NCBI GenBank assembly: GCA_039811685.1
Contig: JBDHZC010000003.1
Span: forward strand, 192,001 to 256,000
Length of the DNA stretch: 64,000 nucleotides
Source: Armatimonadota bacterium
GTDB taxonomy: Bacteria > Armatimonadota > UBA5829 > DSUL01
Direction: 5' to 3'
Position 1 is the first letter of the stretch. The number at the start of each line of letters is the position of its first letter. The translations under genes were made by a program, and so were the position numbers. Positions 28,866 through 38,406 of the stretch are shown piece after piece. A model generated the notes under the pieces. The model was not told the origin of the DNA and searched no databases. It saw only the letters and a list, made by a program, of their open reading frames with translations.

Positions 28866-31800
28866 TCATACAGAGCCAGCACAAACATCAAGCCTCGCGA
28901 CCGCTTCGCCACTCTTGTTATCCACAAACGCCAGCGCGATGCGTCCAGCAGGGACTTCTCTTTTCTCAGACATAAGCCGGGACTGTCGCTTCGAGCTCGC
29001 TTCATTGACCTCAATGAGTAAAGTGTAGTCCTTGAATACTTCCCTGCGTCGAAGCACCTCAGTCTCCATATCCGATATATCTTCGCAGTGTGAGATACCT
29101 GCTTCGCGAGCGGCCCTGAGGTATATCGGGATCACACACTCATCCGCGTTGCTTGAGACTTCGAGCGGAACGGCGCAGTAGATGACTTTCCCCTTTCCGT
29201 GGGAAACGACGAAGATCGAGCTATCGTTCGACCCGCAGACGACGGCGCGGTCCACTCTCTGCAGAGCTTCTCCAGAAAATACTGCGCGGGTGTGGGTGGG
29301 CTCTACTGGCGCTCCGGCGTCATATCGCAAATCCTCGCATCGGTGCACTGGGACGGAATGTGTTTTGATCCCAAGTCTGTCCAGGCGTTCTACTCTGCGC
29401 CAGTAGTCATCGCAATCAATGAACCCTGTAGCAAGAAGTGTAGAGCCTTGTTCAACTTTTCCCAAGAGAGCTTTCCAGCAGTCGGGGCGCAAGTTTCTGG
29501 CAACCGGCAACACTATGAGCCTGGGTTGACCCAGGTCTGCCATTCGATATTCGCTGACACAGCGCGTTGAAATGCCTGCGCCATATTCCAGAGCGCGCAC
29601 GGCTGTACGCGTCGCACGATCTGCAAGACAGCGCGCGCTGAAGAGGTTGGAGTGGGGGATAACGATCACAGCTTCTTCGCGCTGACGGCCCGTCATCTTC
29701 TCCGCATTGCTTCTGAAGAACTCTGCAATAGCGCGAAAAGCGTCCAGCTCCGGTTTTTCTGTGCCATCTGCCCGGAGGAAGCCTATTCCCACCTCATTAT
29801 CAGAGTCCATGTAGACGTTTGTATTCCACAACCACTGAATAAACCCGGCGCATCCACCCGCGAACGACAGAGCCATCTTGCGCTCCAAAAGACTTCGCGC
29901 TTCTGAAGGAGTGCGCCAGGCTGCTCCGTCCGGGGATTCTACAAACATGATGCCCGTCTCTTCGATCAGATTGGGCTTGTCTGGGAGTTTGGTGAATACG
30001 GAGTCCCACAGCAGGTCGTCATTCTGCCACCAGGAATGGTTAGACGTGAAATCCACGGCCGGGCCATAGAAATGAGGTGCGGGACGCTCGCCCGTGCCGC
30101 CCTCGTCCTGCCCAACAGTGACAAGCTGCGCAGGGTTACCGGTAGCGCGAACCACCGAAGCCATGTCCTCCGCCCACCGCCTGAACATCTCCTGCGCAAA
30201 CAGCCTGTAGGTCATAGCCCTCAAAGGATGGGCGCCCTGGTTGATCTGTTTGTCCTGAAAATCCTCCGGAGGTGGCAAGGCGATGCCGTCGTTGGGAGTC
30301 AGACGCCACCGTTCTCGCCACTCGTCTTCACTTGCCTGCTCCAGCAGCCATCGCCGCCACGCTTCCTGCTCAAAGCGATCATAGTTCGGCCGCGTGTACC
30401 ACTCATTCGCTTTGGACGAGAACGAGGGCTCGTTGATGAAATCCCATAGAAAGATGTCACACTCTTTGAAACGCTCGACGAACGCGCTCACGAACGCTTT
30501 TTGGGCGGCGACAGACTGCGGGTCCAGATAAGGGTTTTCACCCCCCCAGGCTGGTGGCAGAAACGCAAAGAACGTGAAAATCACCGGGATGTCATACTTG
30601 CACGCGCTCAGTAGAAATGCGGCAAATGCCCGCAGAACACCCTCATCCACTGCACCCGGATCAAGCATAATACGGGACCACGCTGTCCAGATGCCCGTTC
30701 GTACCACGTTCACGCCTGCGTCTTTCATACGCGCGAAGTCATGGTCCCACTGAGCGGGGTTCGGCTCGAATAGAAACTTCCTGTGCGTGTCGCCGGACAT
30801 GTAGGTAGTTCCTGTCACTGGAAACGGCTTTCCACGCCGCCAGAAGTAGTCGCGGTCTGCAGTTAGTGGAGCATTACTTCTGAGCAGATGCGCTTCGTAG
30901 CGCCAGAAGCCGGTTTCGCACTGCGCAAGCAACTCACCCGTATCTTTGTCCAACAGTTCGGCGCGGTAACAGTGCAGACCAGGCGAGGCCGCTTCGTCAG
31001 GACAGCTCAGGCGTACAAATGAATGGGCGCCTCCAATCTGCATGCTTTGTTGCGCCACCGGATCTTCCACGCTGTCCGGCTCGACGTCGCCTGGCCTGTG
31101 GGGTTGAGACTCCAGCCCCCGTGAAATGCGTTGGAGCCTCACGGAGGCGGAACGCGAGATGCGACCCGCGCGAGCGCTGACAGCAAAAGCTGGAGACTCT
31201 CCGCTGTGGTAGCAGGCAAAAGATGGCCGCACGCTGAACTCGACCGAACCCTGCGCAGCCTCTTTGATAAGTTCGGACAGCGTCTGTGCGGGGAGAGGGT
31301 TGGCCAGGTCCGCGTTTACCAGAAGCCAGCGTCCGCCGCCGAAGTCTCCATAGAAACGGTCAACACAGACGATGGGCGCGGCAATGCGGCGGCCGTCGCG
31401 ACAGCCTTCGAGCAGTGGGCGCAGTTGTGCGAGCCTTACAGATGTAGAGCCGCATTCATCCGGGAATTCCTTGTCCTCGCAGAATCGCACCTGGAGAGAC
31501 CAGCACCTGCGAATCTCGGCTGCCGGCAGATCTGGCTTTCGGAGCGCCTCTTCCGTCCATCTCCACTCAAGTCCTTGCGTCTCCGTCTCAAAGGCGTGAT
31601 TAATGCGCAGTTCTTTGGCATAAGCTCTCTGCGGGCACTCAACCTCCCAGCGTCCGTTCTCTCGCCGCACCGGCCGGGAGAGCGGGTCGCCACCCAGATT
31701 GAGCCAGCTCCCGCCGCGCTTCAAGTAATCTGAAAACTGCGGCCAGCACGCTTTGGAGAAAGCAGACCCGTACGGATTGATAACAACGTCTGGCTGCTGC

Positions 31801-31940
31801 GCGAGTGCAGCGGGCAACTCGTCGTCTGAGCAGAAGAGCACATCCTTACCACAGGCTTGCTCTATCAACTCACGGGGATGTTCACAGCAGTCCAGAGTGG
31901 GGAAGCCATCCTCCCATAGCACAACAACTCTCAAAATCAC
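28866..31940 (-). CDS. Clan GH-A glycoside hydrolase (GH5/GH42 beta-galactosidase-like) with N-terminal extension
   Basis: DFARMKDAGVNVVRTGIW, WDFINEP (acid/base), LIEETG (nucleophile), and a C-terminal trimerisation-like region. Confidence 0.7.
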   Translation of the reverse strand: MILRVVVLWEDGFPTLDCCEHPRELIEQACGKDVLFCSDDELPAALAQQPDVVINPYGSAFSKACWPQFSDYLKRGGSWLNLGGDPLSRPVRRENGRWEVECPQRAYAKELRINHAFETETQGLEWRWTEEALRKPDLPAAEIRRCWSLQVRFCEDKEFPDECGSTSVRLAQLRPLLEGCRDGRRIAAPIVCVDRFYGDFGGGRWLLVNADLANPLPAQTLSELIKEAAQGSVEFSVRPSFACYHSGESPAFAVSARAGRISRSASVRLQRISRGLESQPHRPGDVEPDSVEDPVAQQSMQIGGAHSFVRLSCPDEAASPGLHCYRAELLDKDTGELLAQCETGFWRYEAHLLRSNAPLTADRDYFWRRGKPFPVTGTTYMSGDTHRKFLFEPNPAQWDHDFARMKDAGVNVVRTGIWTAWSRIMLDPGAVDEGVLRAFAAFLLSACKYDIPVIFTFFAFLPPAWGGENPYLDPQSVAAQKAFVSAFVERFKECDIFLWDFINEPSFSSKANEWYTRPNYDRFEQEAWRRWLLEQASEDEWRERWRLTPNDGIALPPPEDFQDKQINQGAHPLRAMTYRLFAQEMFRRWAEDMASVVRATGNPAQLVTVGQDEGGTGERPAPHFYGPAVDFTSNHSWWQNDDLLWDSVFTKLPDKPNLIEETGIMFVESPDGAAWRTPSEARSLLERKMALSFAGGCAGFIQWLWNTNVYMDSDNEVGIGFLRADGTEKPELDAFRAIAEFFRSNAEKMTGRQREEAVIVIPHSNLFSARCLADRATRTAVRALEYGAGISTRCVSEYRMADLGQPRLIVLPVARNLRPDCWKALLGKVEQGSTLLATGFIDCDDYWRRVERLDRLGIKTHSVPVHRCEDLRYDAGAPVEPTHTRAVFSGEALQRVDRAVVCGSNDSSIFVVSHGKGKVIYCAVPLEVSSNADECVIPIYLRAAREAGISHCEDISDMETEVLRRREVFKDYTLLIEVNEASSKRQSRLMSEKREVPAGRIALAFVDNKSGEAVARLDVCAGSV

Positions 31941-32170
31941 ACTCCTCTACGCCCTTCTGTCTTTCGCGCCTGCGTCAAAGCCAGTAGAAACTGTATCCTC
32001 AGGAAATGCCACGCCGCGCACCGTCTTTGCTGAAGAACCGCTCATACGTGAGTGCGCCGGACCAGCGGCGTATCCCTTCGCTCGATGCAGTTCAAAACCA
32101 CGCCTTCCGCCGTATCCGCAGCATCTGAGAGGTTCACTGCCTGACATCTTTTTGGCAACAGATGAATGAT

Positions 32171-32309
32171 GTCTAAAACCAAATCTATGCGGGTAACTCT
32201 CTAGTGAAGGCCGGTCTGGAACGAAGGCAACTCGAAATATCGCGATTATTTTGATTACTTTACGAGTCGCTTCACTGGTGTTCTTGAAGGCCGGCAGGCG
32301 ACGTTTTTT
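32171..32309 (+). promoter_or_regulatory. SigB/SigF-like promoter and structured leader with a terminator upstream of the SPW gene
   Basis: GTCT-16 nt-GGGTAA (32171-32196). TAGTGAAG(32202-09)/CTTCACTG(32270-77) competes with the terminator GTCGCTT(32266-72)/AGGCGAC(32296-302) plus T6. Confidence 0.45.
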
Positions 32310-32359
32310 GCGCTGATATAAATGGGCGCAAGAATCGAAATGACAGGGAGGTAAATACA

Positions 32360-32806
32360 ATGACTCCAGATACTGTTCAAGGCGGAAACTCTCCGGCAAC
32401 GGGGACAGAGGCGATGCATCCGTGGCAGCGCTGGCAAGACTGGGTGAACCTGTTCATAGGCATTTGGCTATTTGTCGCTACATGGGTGCTGAGCGCATCT
32501 GTCGCGAAAGGCTCGGCGCAGAGCGCGGCGGCATGGAACTCGGGTGTCCTCGGGATTATCGTATTTGTCCTGGCGCTCTGGTCCCTTGCGGCGCCCCGAG
32601 CTATGGTGGCTGAATGGATAAACGTGATAGCCGGAATCTGGCTGTTTATCGCGCCGTGGGCGCTGGCTTTTCACGCGATTGCGACAGCGGCTGCGTGGAA
32701 CCAGTGGGTGTTCGGTATCATCACGTTCATTCTAGCGCTATCCGTAGCATTGACAACGCATTCTCTGAGCGGAACAGCGGGGACCCATGCGCCGCACGCA
32801 ACCTGA
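32360..32806 (+). CDS. SPW repeat membrane protein
   Basis: RWQDWVNLFIGIWLFVATWVL..AAWNS and EWINVIAGIWLFIAPWAL..AAWNQ; GGAGGT RBS. Confidence 0.85.
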   Translation: MTPDTVQGGNSPATGTEAMHPWQRWQDWVNLFIGIWLFVATWVLSASVAKGSAQSAAAWNSGVLGIIVFVLALWSLAAPRAMVAEWINVIAGIWLFIAPWALAFHAIATAAAWNQWVFGIITFILALSVALTTHSLSGTAGTHAPHAT

Positions 32807-32870
32807 TGTCATCTGAAACGCAACGACTAAAGTCATACGTGAAAGGATGATTCGATTGCAGATTTGTCGC

Positions 32871-32908
32871 AGCCGGATGGCCTCACAAAAAGGGCCTCCG
32901 GCTTTTTT
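32871..32908 (+). terminator. Rho-independent terminator
   Basis: AGCCGGATGGCC pairs with GGCCTCCGGCT, followed by a T tract. Confidence 0.75.
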
Positions 32909-33010
32909 GCGTCTGCTGAGGTCCGGGACGCTCTGCAACCTCGGGTTGATGTGGCCATCCATGCAGTGGTTCCGTGCCTGACCACGGATATGTGTCATGT
33001 GGCCACAGCC

Positions 33011-33712
33011 TCAGGCAGGGCAGACGTAAATATCCCTGGCGATGTCTTTGTCAACGGCAACGTCGGTCTCACCGACGCGCAACACGTAGGACGGGCGCTT
33101 CTGATGCAGCCACATTTCAGTGTCAGGGGTAATGCCCAGCACCGCCAGGCGATCCAACCGGCCGTTGCGCCCGGATGTGATGAACGTAATGCGGTAGGAT
33201 TTGCCCACGACAGCGTCTGAGAGCGGGACCACAAGCGGGGAGATGTCGCGCGTCACTTTCTGACAGCAGCGGCCGCGTGGAATCGGTCTCCCGTGCGGAC
33301 ACGTTGGCGGGTGCCCGAGAAAAGCGCAGATGTGGTCCGCGACAGCCGGGCTCAACGCGTGCTCAAGCTGACAGATTGTGTCTTGCTCTGCCTCCACGTC
33401 AATATTCATAGCCTGGCTGAGCAAAGCTTCGGCAAGGCGATGGCTGCGGATGAGTTGCTCCGCTCTTTTTGACCCCTTGCCAGTAAGTACAACGTTTCCG
33501 TTGCGGCGCTCGGCGACACCAGCTTCCAGCAGATCGGGCAGACACTCACAGATAGTCTTGACGACACTGTGATCGGCCGCAGGTCTGTCCTGATGCCCTT
33601 CGCACGAGGCCGTGGGGATGGATTCGTTATCGTGGCTTTCCGCCAGTACGTCGAGTCCGTCTTCTTCAGCCATCCAGAGCTGTTCCAGCAAATGGTCTAT
33701 ATGTGTGTTCAT
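33011..33712 (-). CDS. DtxR/MntR-family metal-dependent regulator with C-terminal FeoA domain
   Basis: LTGKGSKRAEQLIRSHRLAE, CQLEHALS, LGHPPTCPHGRPIP, and FeoA-like RLAVLGITPD..VGETDVAVDKDIA. Confidence 0.85.
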   Translation of the reverse strand: MNTHIDHLLEQLWMAEEDGLDVLAESHDNESIPTASCEGHQDRPAADHSVVKTICECLPDLLEAGVAERRNGNVVLTGKGSKRAEQLIRSHRLAEALLSQAMNIDVEAEQDTICQLEHALSPAVADHICAFLGHPPTCPHGRPIPRGRCCQKVTRDISPLVVPLSDAVVGKSYRITFITSGRNGRLDRLAVLGITPDTEMWLHQKRPSYVLRVGETDVAVDKDIARDIYVCPA

Positions 33713-33918
33713 CAGTGCTTGCCCGGCCTTATCCGCGCGGCCAGTCCGGAAAATATCTCCATGACTGTCGATTTCATTTTAATCTCTATGCCGCAATTTG
33801 GACAGCAGGATACCCCCAGTCCTGCATGATGCATCTTCATAGGACAACGGTCGCACTTACTGAGCAATTCCTCTTCAGAGTATTCGTATCCACAAAAGTG
33901 GCAGGTTGAGGTTTTCAT
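33712..33918 (-). CDS. 68-aa Cys-rich protein in the feo operon (not listed separately in the ORF track)
   Basis: MKTSTCHFCGYEY...CDRCP...CCPNCG. Its ATG overlaps the feoB stop (ATGA) and its stop overlaps the next start. Confidence 0.75.
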   Translation of the reverse strand: MKTSTCHFCGYEYSEEELLSKCDRCPMKMHHAGLGVSCCPNCGIEIKMKSTVMEIFSGLAARIRPGKH

Positions 33919-35864
33919 ATCAGCCCCGAGTTCAACAGCAGGCGTACGATCCCGCCAACAATAAACGACAGTGGAACGATAAAGGCCGCCTGCGCAAACG
34001 CGGTCTTCCAGCCTCGCTCCTTGCCCATCACGATAAAGTTGGCGACACACGGGATAAACAGCGTAATCGTCACCAGTCCCACCAGAACGTCCGATTCGTT
34101 CAACAGATGGTGGCGATACATGTCCAGCAGCCCCGCTCCGCCGTAGTCGCGCCGCAAAAAGCCCATGATAAAGACTTTTGTCGCTGAAGCCGGCAGGCCA
34201 AGCATTCCGGTTACAAACGGGCGCCCCGCCATATCGAGAAATCTCAGAACGTGCAACTTGTCGAGCGTGAACAGAATCAGCGTTCCCAGGATGAACAGCG
34301 GGACGGCTTCCTTGAGATACCATTCCGTTCTTGCCAGAGTCTTGGACATGATGTTGCCGATTTTGGGAAGGCGGATGGGTGGCACTTCCAGGATGAAGTC
34401 CGACCCGCGGCCCGGCATCAGCTTGCCTGCGATAAAACCGACTGCGAGCATGACCAGCCCGACGACTGATCCCCAGATGAAAAATCCGCGCGTGTTGCCC
34501 TCCAAAAGAGCCGAGACAACCGCGAGCTGAGCCGAGCATGGCACACCAAGCGCCAGCAACAGAGTCACCAGCGTGCGTTCTCGCCGGGTTTCCAGAACTC
34601 GGGTGGTCAGCGTCGCCATCGTGTCACAACCGAGCCCCAGCACCATCGGTAACACGGCCTTGCCATTCAGCCCCATAGCCCTGAATATGTCGTTTACCAT
34701 TACCGCCAGCCGCGGCAGGTAGCCCGAATCTTCAAGCGCGCTGAAGGCGATGAAGAAGGTAAACACCACAGGCATCACGATGGCCACGCCGTACGTCACA
34801 GCCATGGTGATGATCCCGTACTCCCCGACAAACAAGTCCCTCACGATTGGGAACGGCACATGGGCGAAGGCCGATCGCGCCGCCGGGTTGATATATCCGT
34901 TGAAGAGCACCCCTTCAACCCAGTCCACAAGTGTTCCCGCACCCAGCACTCCGACAAATTTGTACGTCAGGAACAAAGTCATGGCCAGGAACGGAAGTCC
35001 CCAGATCGGGTGCATGGACACACGGCCCAGCCACGCCGCCACGGGGCCTTCCGAGCCTTCCGTGCGCTCCGTCACCTTGTTGTATATGCGGTTGACCTGG
35101 TGCATACGGTGACGCGTAATGATCTGGCTGAGTGGCAGGAGAAAAGCTCGCTCCGTCCCTGCGCGAATTTCCTCGATTGTCGCAAGGTCGTCCGCAGGGA
35201 TCTTCGCGCGCAACCAGTCTGCGATCGTCGGGTCTCCCGAGAGCGCCATCAGCGCGATCCCTCGTTGCGCCGAAGTCTGTGGGAGCAGCGGGCATATTTT
35301 CTCTACCGCCCGCTCTATCAACTCCGGAAATTCAGTTTCGGCCGTGAACGCTCTGGGACTTCCGAGAGCTTTGATCAGAGCCTCAACACCCGTCTTCTGA
35401 ATAGCCACTGTCGGAACTACAGGCGCTCCAAGCTCGACGGAAAGCTGATGGGCGTCTATGTGAATGCCGCGAGCGTAAGCCTCATCCGACATGTTGAGCG
35501 CAAGAACCGCGGGTACCCCCATCTCCGCAAGCTGCAGCGTCACAGCCAGCACGCGTTTGAGGTTCTTCGCGTCTCCCACCTGCAGCACGGCGCCGGGCGG
35601 ATGATCCAGCAGCAAATCTCGCGTTACGCGCTCGTCTTCCGACATAGGCGTCAGGCTGTTAGTGCCAGGGGTGTCAATGATTGTCTGGCGCGCTCCGTTG
35701 AGAGTGGCGGACCCTTTCAGTATTTCAACGGTTGTGCCAGGATAGTTTGAGACGGTGACGTAGGTACCGGTTAGAATACCGAAAAGTACACTCTTGCCTG
35801 TGTTGGGATTCCCAACCAGGCAGATCGACTTCTCAAGAGAGGATTGTGGGGCTTGGACGGCCAT
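33915..35864 (-). CDS. feoB: Ferrous iron transport protein B
   Basis: GNPNTGKS, VSNYPGTTVE, DTPG, LNMSD, LEDSGYLPRLA, LGLGC, PCSAQ, FILEVPP, LFIPCVA. Confidence 0.95.
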   Translation of the reverse strand: MAVQAPQSSLEKSICLVGNPNTGKSVLFGILTGTYVTVSNYPGTTVEILKGSATLNGARQTIIDTPGTNSLTPMSEDERVTRDLLLDHPPGAVLQVGDAKNLKRVLAVTLQLAEMGVPAVLALNMSDEAYARGIHIDAHQLSVELGAPVVPTVAIQKTGVEALIKALGSPRAFTAETEFPELIERAVEKICPLLPQTSAQRGIALMALSGDPTIADWLRAKIPADDLATIEEIRAGTERAFLLPLSQIITRHRMHQVNRIYNKVTERTEGSEGPVAAWLGRVSMHPIWGLPFLAMTLFLTYKFVGVLGAGTLVDWVEGVLFNGYINPAARSAFAHVPFPIVRDLFVGEYGIITMAVTYGVAIVMPVVFTFFIAFSALEDSGYLPRLAVMVNDIFRAMGLNGKAVLPMVLGLGCDTMATLTTRVLETRRERTLVTLLLALGVPCSAQLAVVSALLEGNTRGFFIWGSVVGLVMLAVGFIAGKLMPGRGSDFILEVPPIRLPKIGNIMSKTLARTEWYLKEAVPLFILGTLILFTLDKLHVLRFLDMAGRPFVTGMLGLPASATKVFIMGFLRRDYGGAGLLDMYRHHLLNESDVLVGLVTITLFIPCVANFIVMGKERGWKTAFAQAAFIVPLSFIVGGIVRLLLNSGLI

Positions 35865-35912
35865 TGAGTTTGCTCCAGTTGCCACCGAGTGGCGACTACT
35901 GCCCAAAAATAA

Positions 35913-35971
35913 ATGGTTGCCGGAGCAACCATGCCTCTATCATTCTATTCCTTCCTTTACAGCGCTGTCAA
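35913..35971 (-). promoter_or_regulatory. feoB promoter with palindromic operator
   Basis: Minus strand TTGACA-18 nt-TAGAAT. A perfect inverted repeat ATGGTTGC-N4-GCAACCAT (35913-35932) lies just downstream of the -10 box. Confidence 0.7.
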
Positions 35972-36089
35972 TGAGCGAAATCACGGCCTTACATAGTGCC
36001 GTCGCCGGATAGACATCGAAGGAGCAGGAATGGGACGACCTCACAGCCGAACATGCACACGACTACACCGTGGATGAATCCCCACTAAA

Positions 36090-36905
36090 ATGACGTCAAA
36101 AGACTTAGCACAGTTCCGCGCGGGCCAGGCGCAGTTCGGAAAGGTCGCCGCCATATACGACGACCTCATGTCTGGAATTTCTTACGATCTCTGGTTGCGT
36201 TATGTGAAGCAGTTGTGGCTGCGGCACGGGCAATCTCCTCACACTGTCCTGGACGTCGCTTGTGGCACAGGCAATATGAGCTATCTTCTCGCGCAGGACG
36301 GGTACGAAGTCGTGGGAATAGACTCCTCCGGCGGAATGATTGATCAGGCGTGGGCCAAAGCCCGGAACAAGACGCTTCCCGTTGACCAGAGCAATCCAGC
36401 CTTCTACTGCCAGAACGCTGCCGCCATTGATCTGGATCAGCGCTTTGACGCCGCTATTTCATTGTTTGACAGTCTCAATTACCTGCTGGAGTACGAGGAC
36501 TTGCGGCGATGTTTTGCTGGCGTTGCGCGCTGCCTGAGTCCCGGAAGCACGTTCATTTTTGATGTAAACACCCGCTATGCGCTTTCGCACCGCTTCTTTG
36601 ATCAGGACAATATGCAGATCGGGTGCTTCCCGTTGTACAAATGGAGAAGCCAGTGGGATGAGCAGACTGGCGTGTGCACAATAGACATGGAGTTCCACGC
36701 GCTTACGGATGCAGGTGTTGAAGTGTTTTGCGAGACCCATCGCCAGCGCGGCTACTCAGTAGAAGAGCTGAAGAGCGCTCTGCTTGAAGCGGGATTTCTG
36801 GAGACTGAGTTTCTGCAGGCCTTCACATTCAAAGCTCCGCGCGCAAAAACAGACCGTCTCTACGTTGTGGCCAAACTTCCTGGCAGCGAGCGGGGGAGGA
36901 TTTGA
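36090..36905 (+). CDS. Class I SAM-dependent methyltransferase (YqeM-like)
   Basis: IYDDLM, VLDVACGTG, FDSLNYL, FIFDVNT, ETHRQRGY. Confidence 0.85.
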   Translation: MTSKDLAQFRAGQAQFGKVAAIYDDLMSGISYDLWLRYVKQLWLRHGQSPHTVLDVACGTGNMSYLLAQDGYEVVGIDSSGGMIDQAWAKARNKTLPVDQSNPAFYCQNAAAIDLDQRFDAAISLFDSLNYLLEYEDLRRCFAGVARCLSPGSTFIFDVNTRYALSHRFFDQDNMQIGCFPLYKWRSQWDEQTGVCTIDMEFHALTDAGVEVFCETHRQRGYSVEELKSALLEAGFLETEFLQAFTFKAPRAKTDRLYVVAKLPGSERGRI

Positions 36906-36988
36906 GCGCTGTAGAGTGAAACTCTGCCGCAGCGAGATTGTGTCAGCACAGAACTGACCGCCTCTGCTGAGCAAGGAGACTTCATCTC

Positions 36989-38356
36989 ATGGCCCAAGGC
37001 CTCATCTCTCCGCCGAAGGAGACCTCGAACCTCCGCTGGTTCCAGGGAGTAAGCTCATACGCGTGGCTTGTACTGATTGTCTGCGCTCTGGGCTGGCTGT
37101 TCGACTGTATGGACGGCAACCTCTTCACCCTCGTACGCCAGAAATCTCTCAACGATCTGCTGCAGCCTCATTACGCCACAGAAGCAACTTTGAACGAAGC
37201 TGTCAATCGAATCGGTGGCATCATCACGTCTGTGTTCCTTCTTGGCTGGGCAGCAGGTGGATTTATCTTTGGCGTCCTCGGGGACAAACTCGGACGCACG
37301 CGCACTATGATGATCACAATTCTGGTGTATGCGGGCTTCACGGGTCTTAATGCGCTGGTTCACGAACCCTGGCAGTATGCCGCGTGCAGATTTCTGACCG
37401 CTCTGGGCATCGGTGGAGAATTTGCTGCGGGAGCGGCGCTCGTCGCTGAAGTCTGGCCGGCGCGCTCTCGTCCGATGGCGCTGGGGACGCTTCAGGCGCT
37501 TTCTGCGGTCGGCAATATCATGGCGGCTGTTATCACCTATGTGCTGGCAGGTATCACGTGGCGATGGGTATTTGTGATTGGGGCGCTGCCTGCTCTCATG
37601 GTGCTGATAGTGCGACTGTACATGAAGGAGCCAGAGGCGTGGACAAAGGCGGAGCAGCAGGCCAAAGCCTCCGGTACACCGCGCGAACTCGGCAACATGG
37701 CGGATCTCTTTCGTGATCCGGTCCTGCGGCGCAACACGATCGCCGGTATCCTCATTGGCATTGCGGGAGTGGGCGGTCTGTGGGGCGTAGTCTTCTTTAT
37801 GCCGGACTTTCTTGGCAGAGTTCTCGCGCCGGCGGCAGCTCATTTATCTGATAGCGCCGCAAAAAAACAGCTTCAGGAGTGGCGGAGTCAAGCTTTCTTT
37901 GTCCAACAGGTCGGAGCGTTGCTGGGCATGTTTGCTTACGCTGCGCTCAGCGAGCGAATGGGGCGCAGGCCTTCTCTCGCGCTGTTTTTTGGCGCCGTGA
38001 TCGTCGTCGTTCTCGGTTCATTCTGGAATATCCGGGATATCACGGGTGCAATGATCTGGTCTTTCTTTCTGGGCTTCTGCGCGCTTGCGCCCTTCAGTGC
38101 TTTCGCTGTGTATTTTCCGGAGCTGTTTCCGACCCGGCTGCGCGCGACAGGTGTGGGAATGTGTTACAACTCCGCGCGTGTCATCTCTGCGCTGGCGCCT
38201 TCGGCGCTGGGTTTTCTGGCGTCCTTGTGGAAAAGCCCGACTGACCCTGCGTTCGGGTTTAGAGTGGCAGCCAGCATTGTGGCATCCGTCTATCTGATTG
38301 GCTTCATCGGGCTGGCTATCGGTCCCGAGACACGCGGAAAACCTTTGCCTGAGTAG
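36989..38356 (+). CDS. MFS transporter
   Basis: LGWLFDCMD, GVLGDKLGR, GIGGEFAAG, YFPELFPTRLRATG, PETRGKPL. Confidence 0.9.
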   Translation: MAQGLISPPKETSNLRWFQGVSSYAWLVLIVCALGWLFDCMDGNLFTLVRQKSLNDLLQPHYATEATLNEAVNRIGGIITSVFLLGWAAGGFIFGVLGDKLGRTRTMMITILVYAGFTGLNALVHEPWQYAACRFLTALGIGGEFAAGAALVAEVWPARSRPMALGTLQALSAVGNIMAAVITYVLAGITWRWVFVIGALPALMVLIVRLYMKEPEAWTKAEQQAKASGTPRELGNMADLFRDPVLRRNTIAGILIGIAGVGGLWGVVFFMPDFLGRVLAPAAAHLSDSAAKKQLQEWRSQAFFVQQVGALLGMFAYAALSERMGRRPSLALFFGAVIVVVLGSFWNIRDITGAMIWSFFLGFCALAPFSAFAVYFPELFPTRLRATGVGMCYNSARVISALAPSALGFLASLWKSPTDPAFGFRVAASIVASVYLIGFIGLAIGPETRGKPLPE

Positions 38357-38406
38357 GTCCGAAAACATCCCGGTACTGTGGGTCTCCAATGGAAACAGGA
38401 GGGACC

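Noticed and set aside
33919..34539. Upstream part of the 275-aa ORF 33712..34539
   Set aside because: It is an alternative frame inside feoB. Only the last 68 codons, starting at ATG 33918, look like a real protein.
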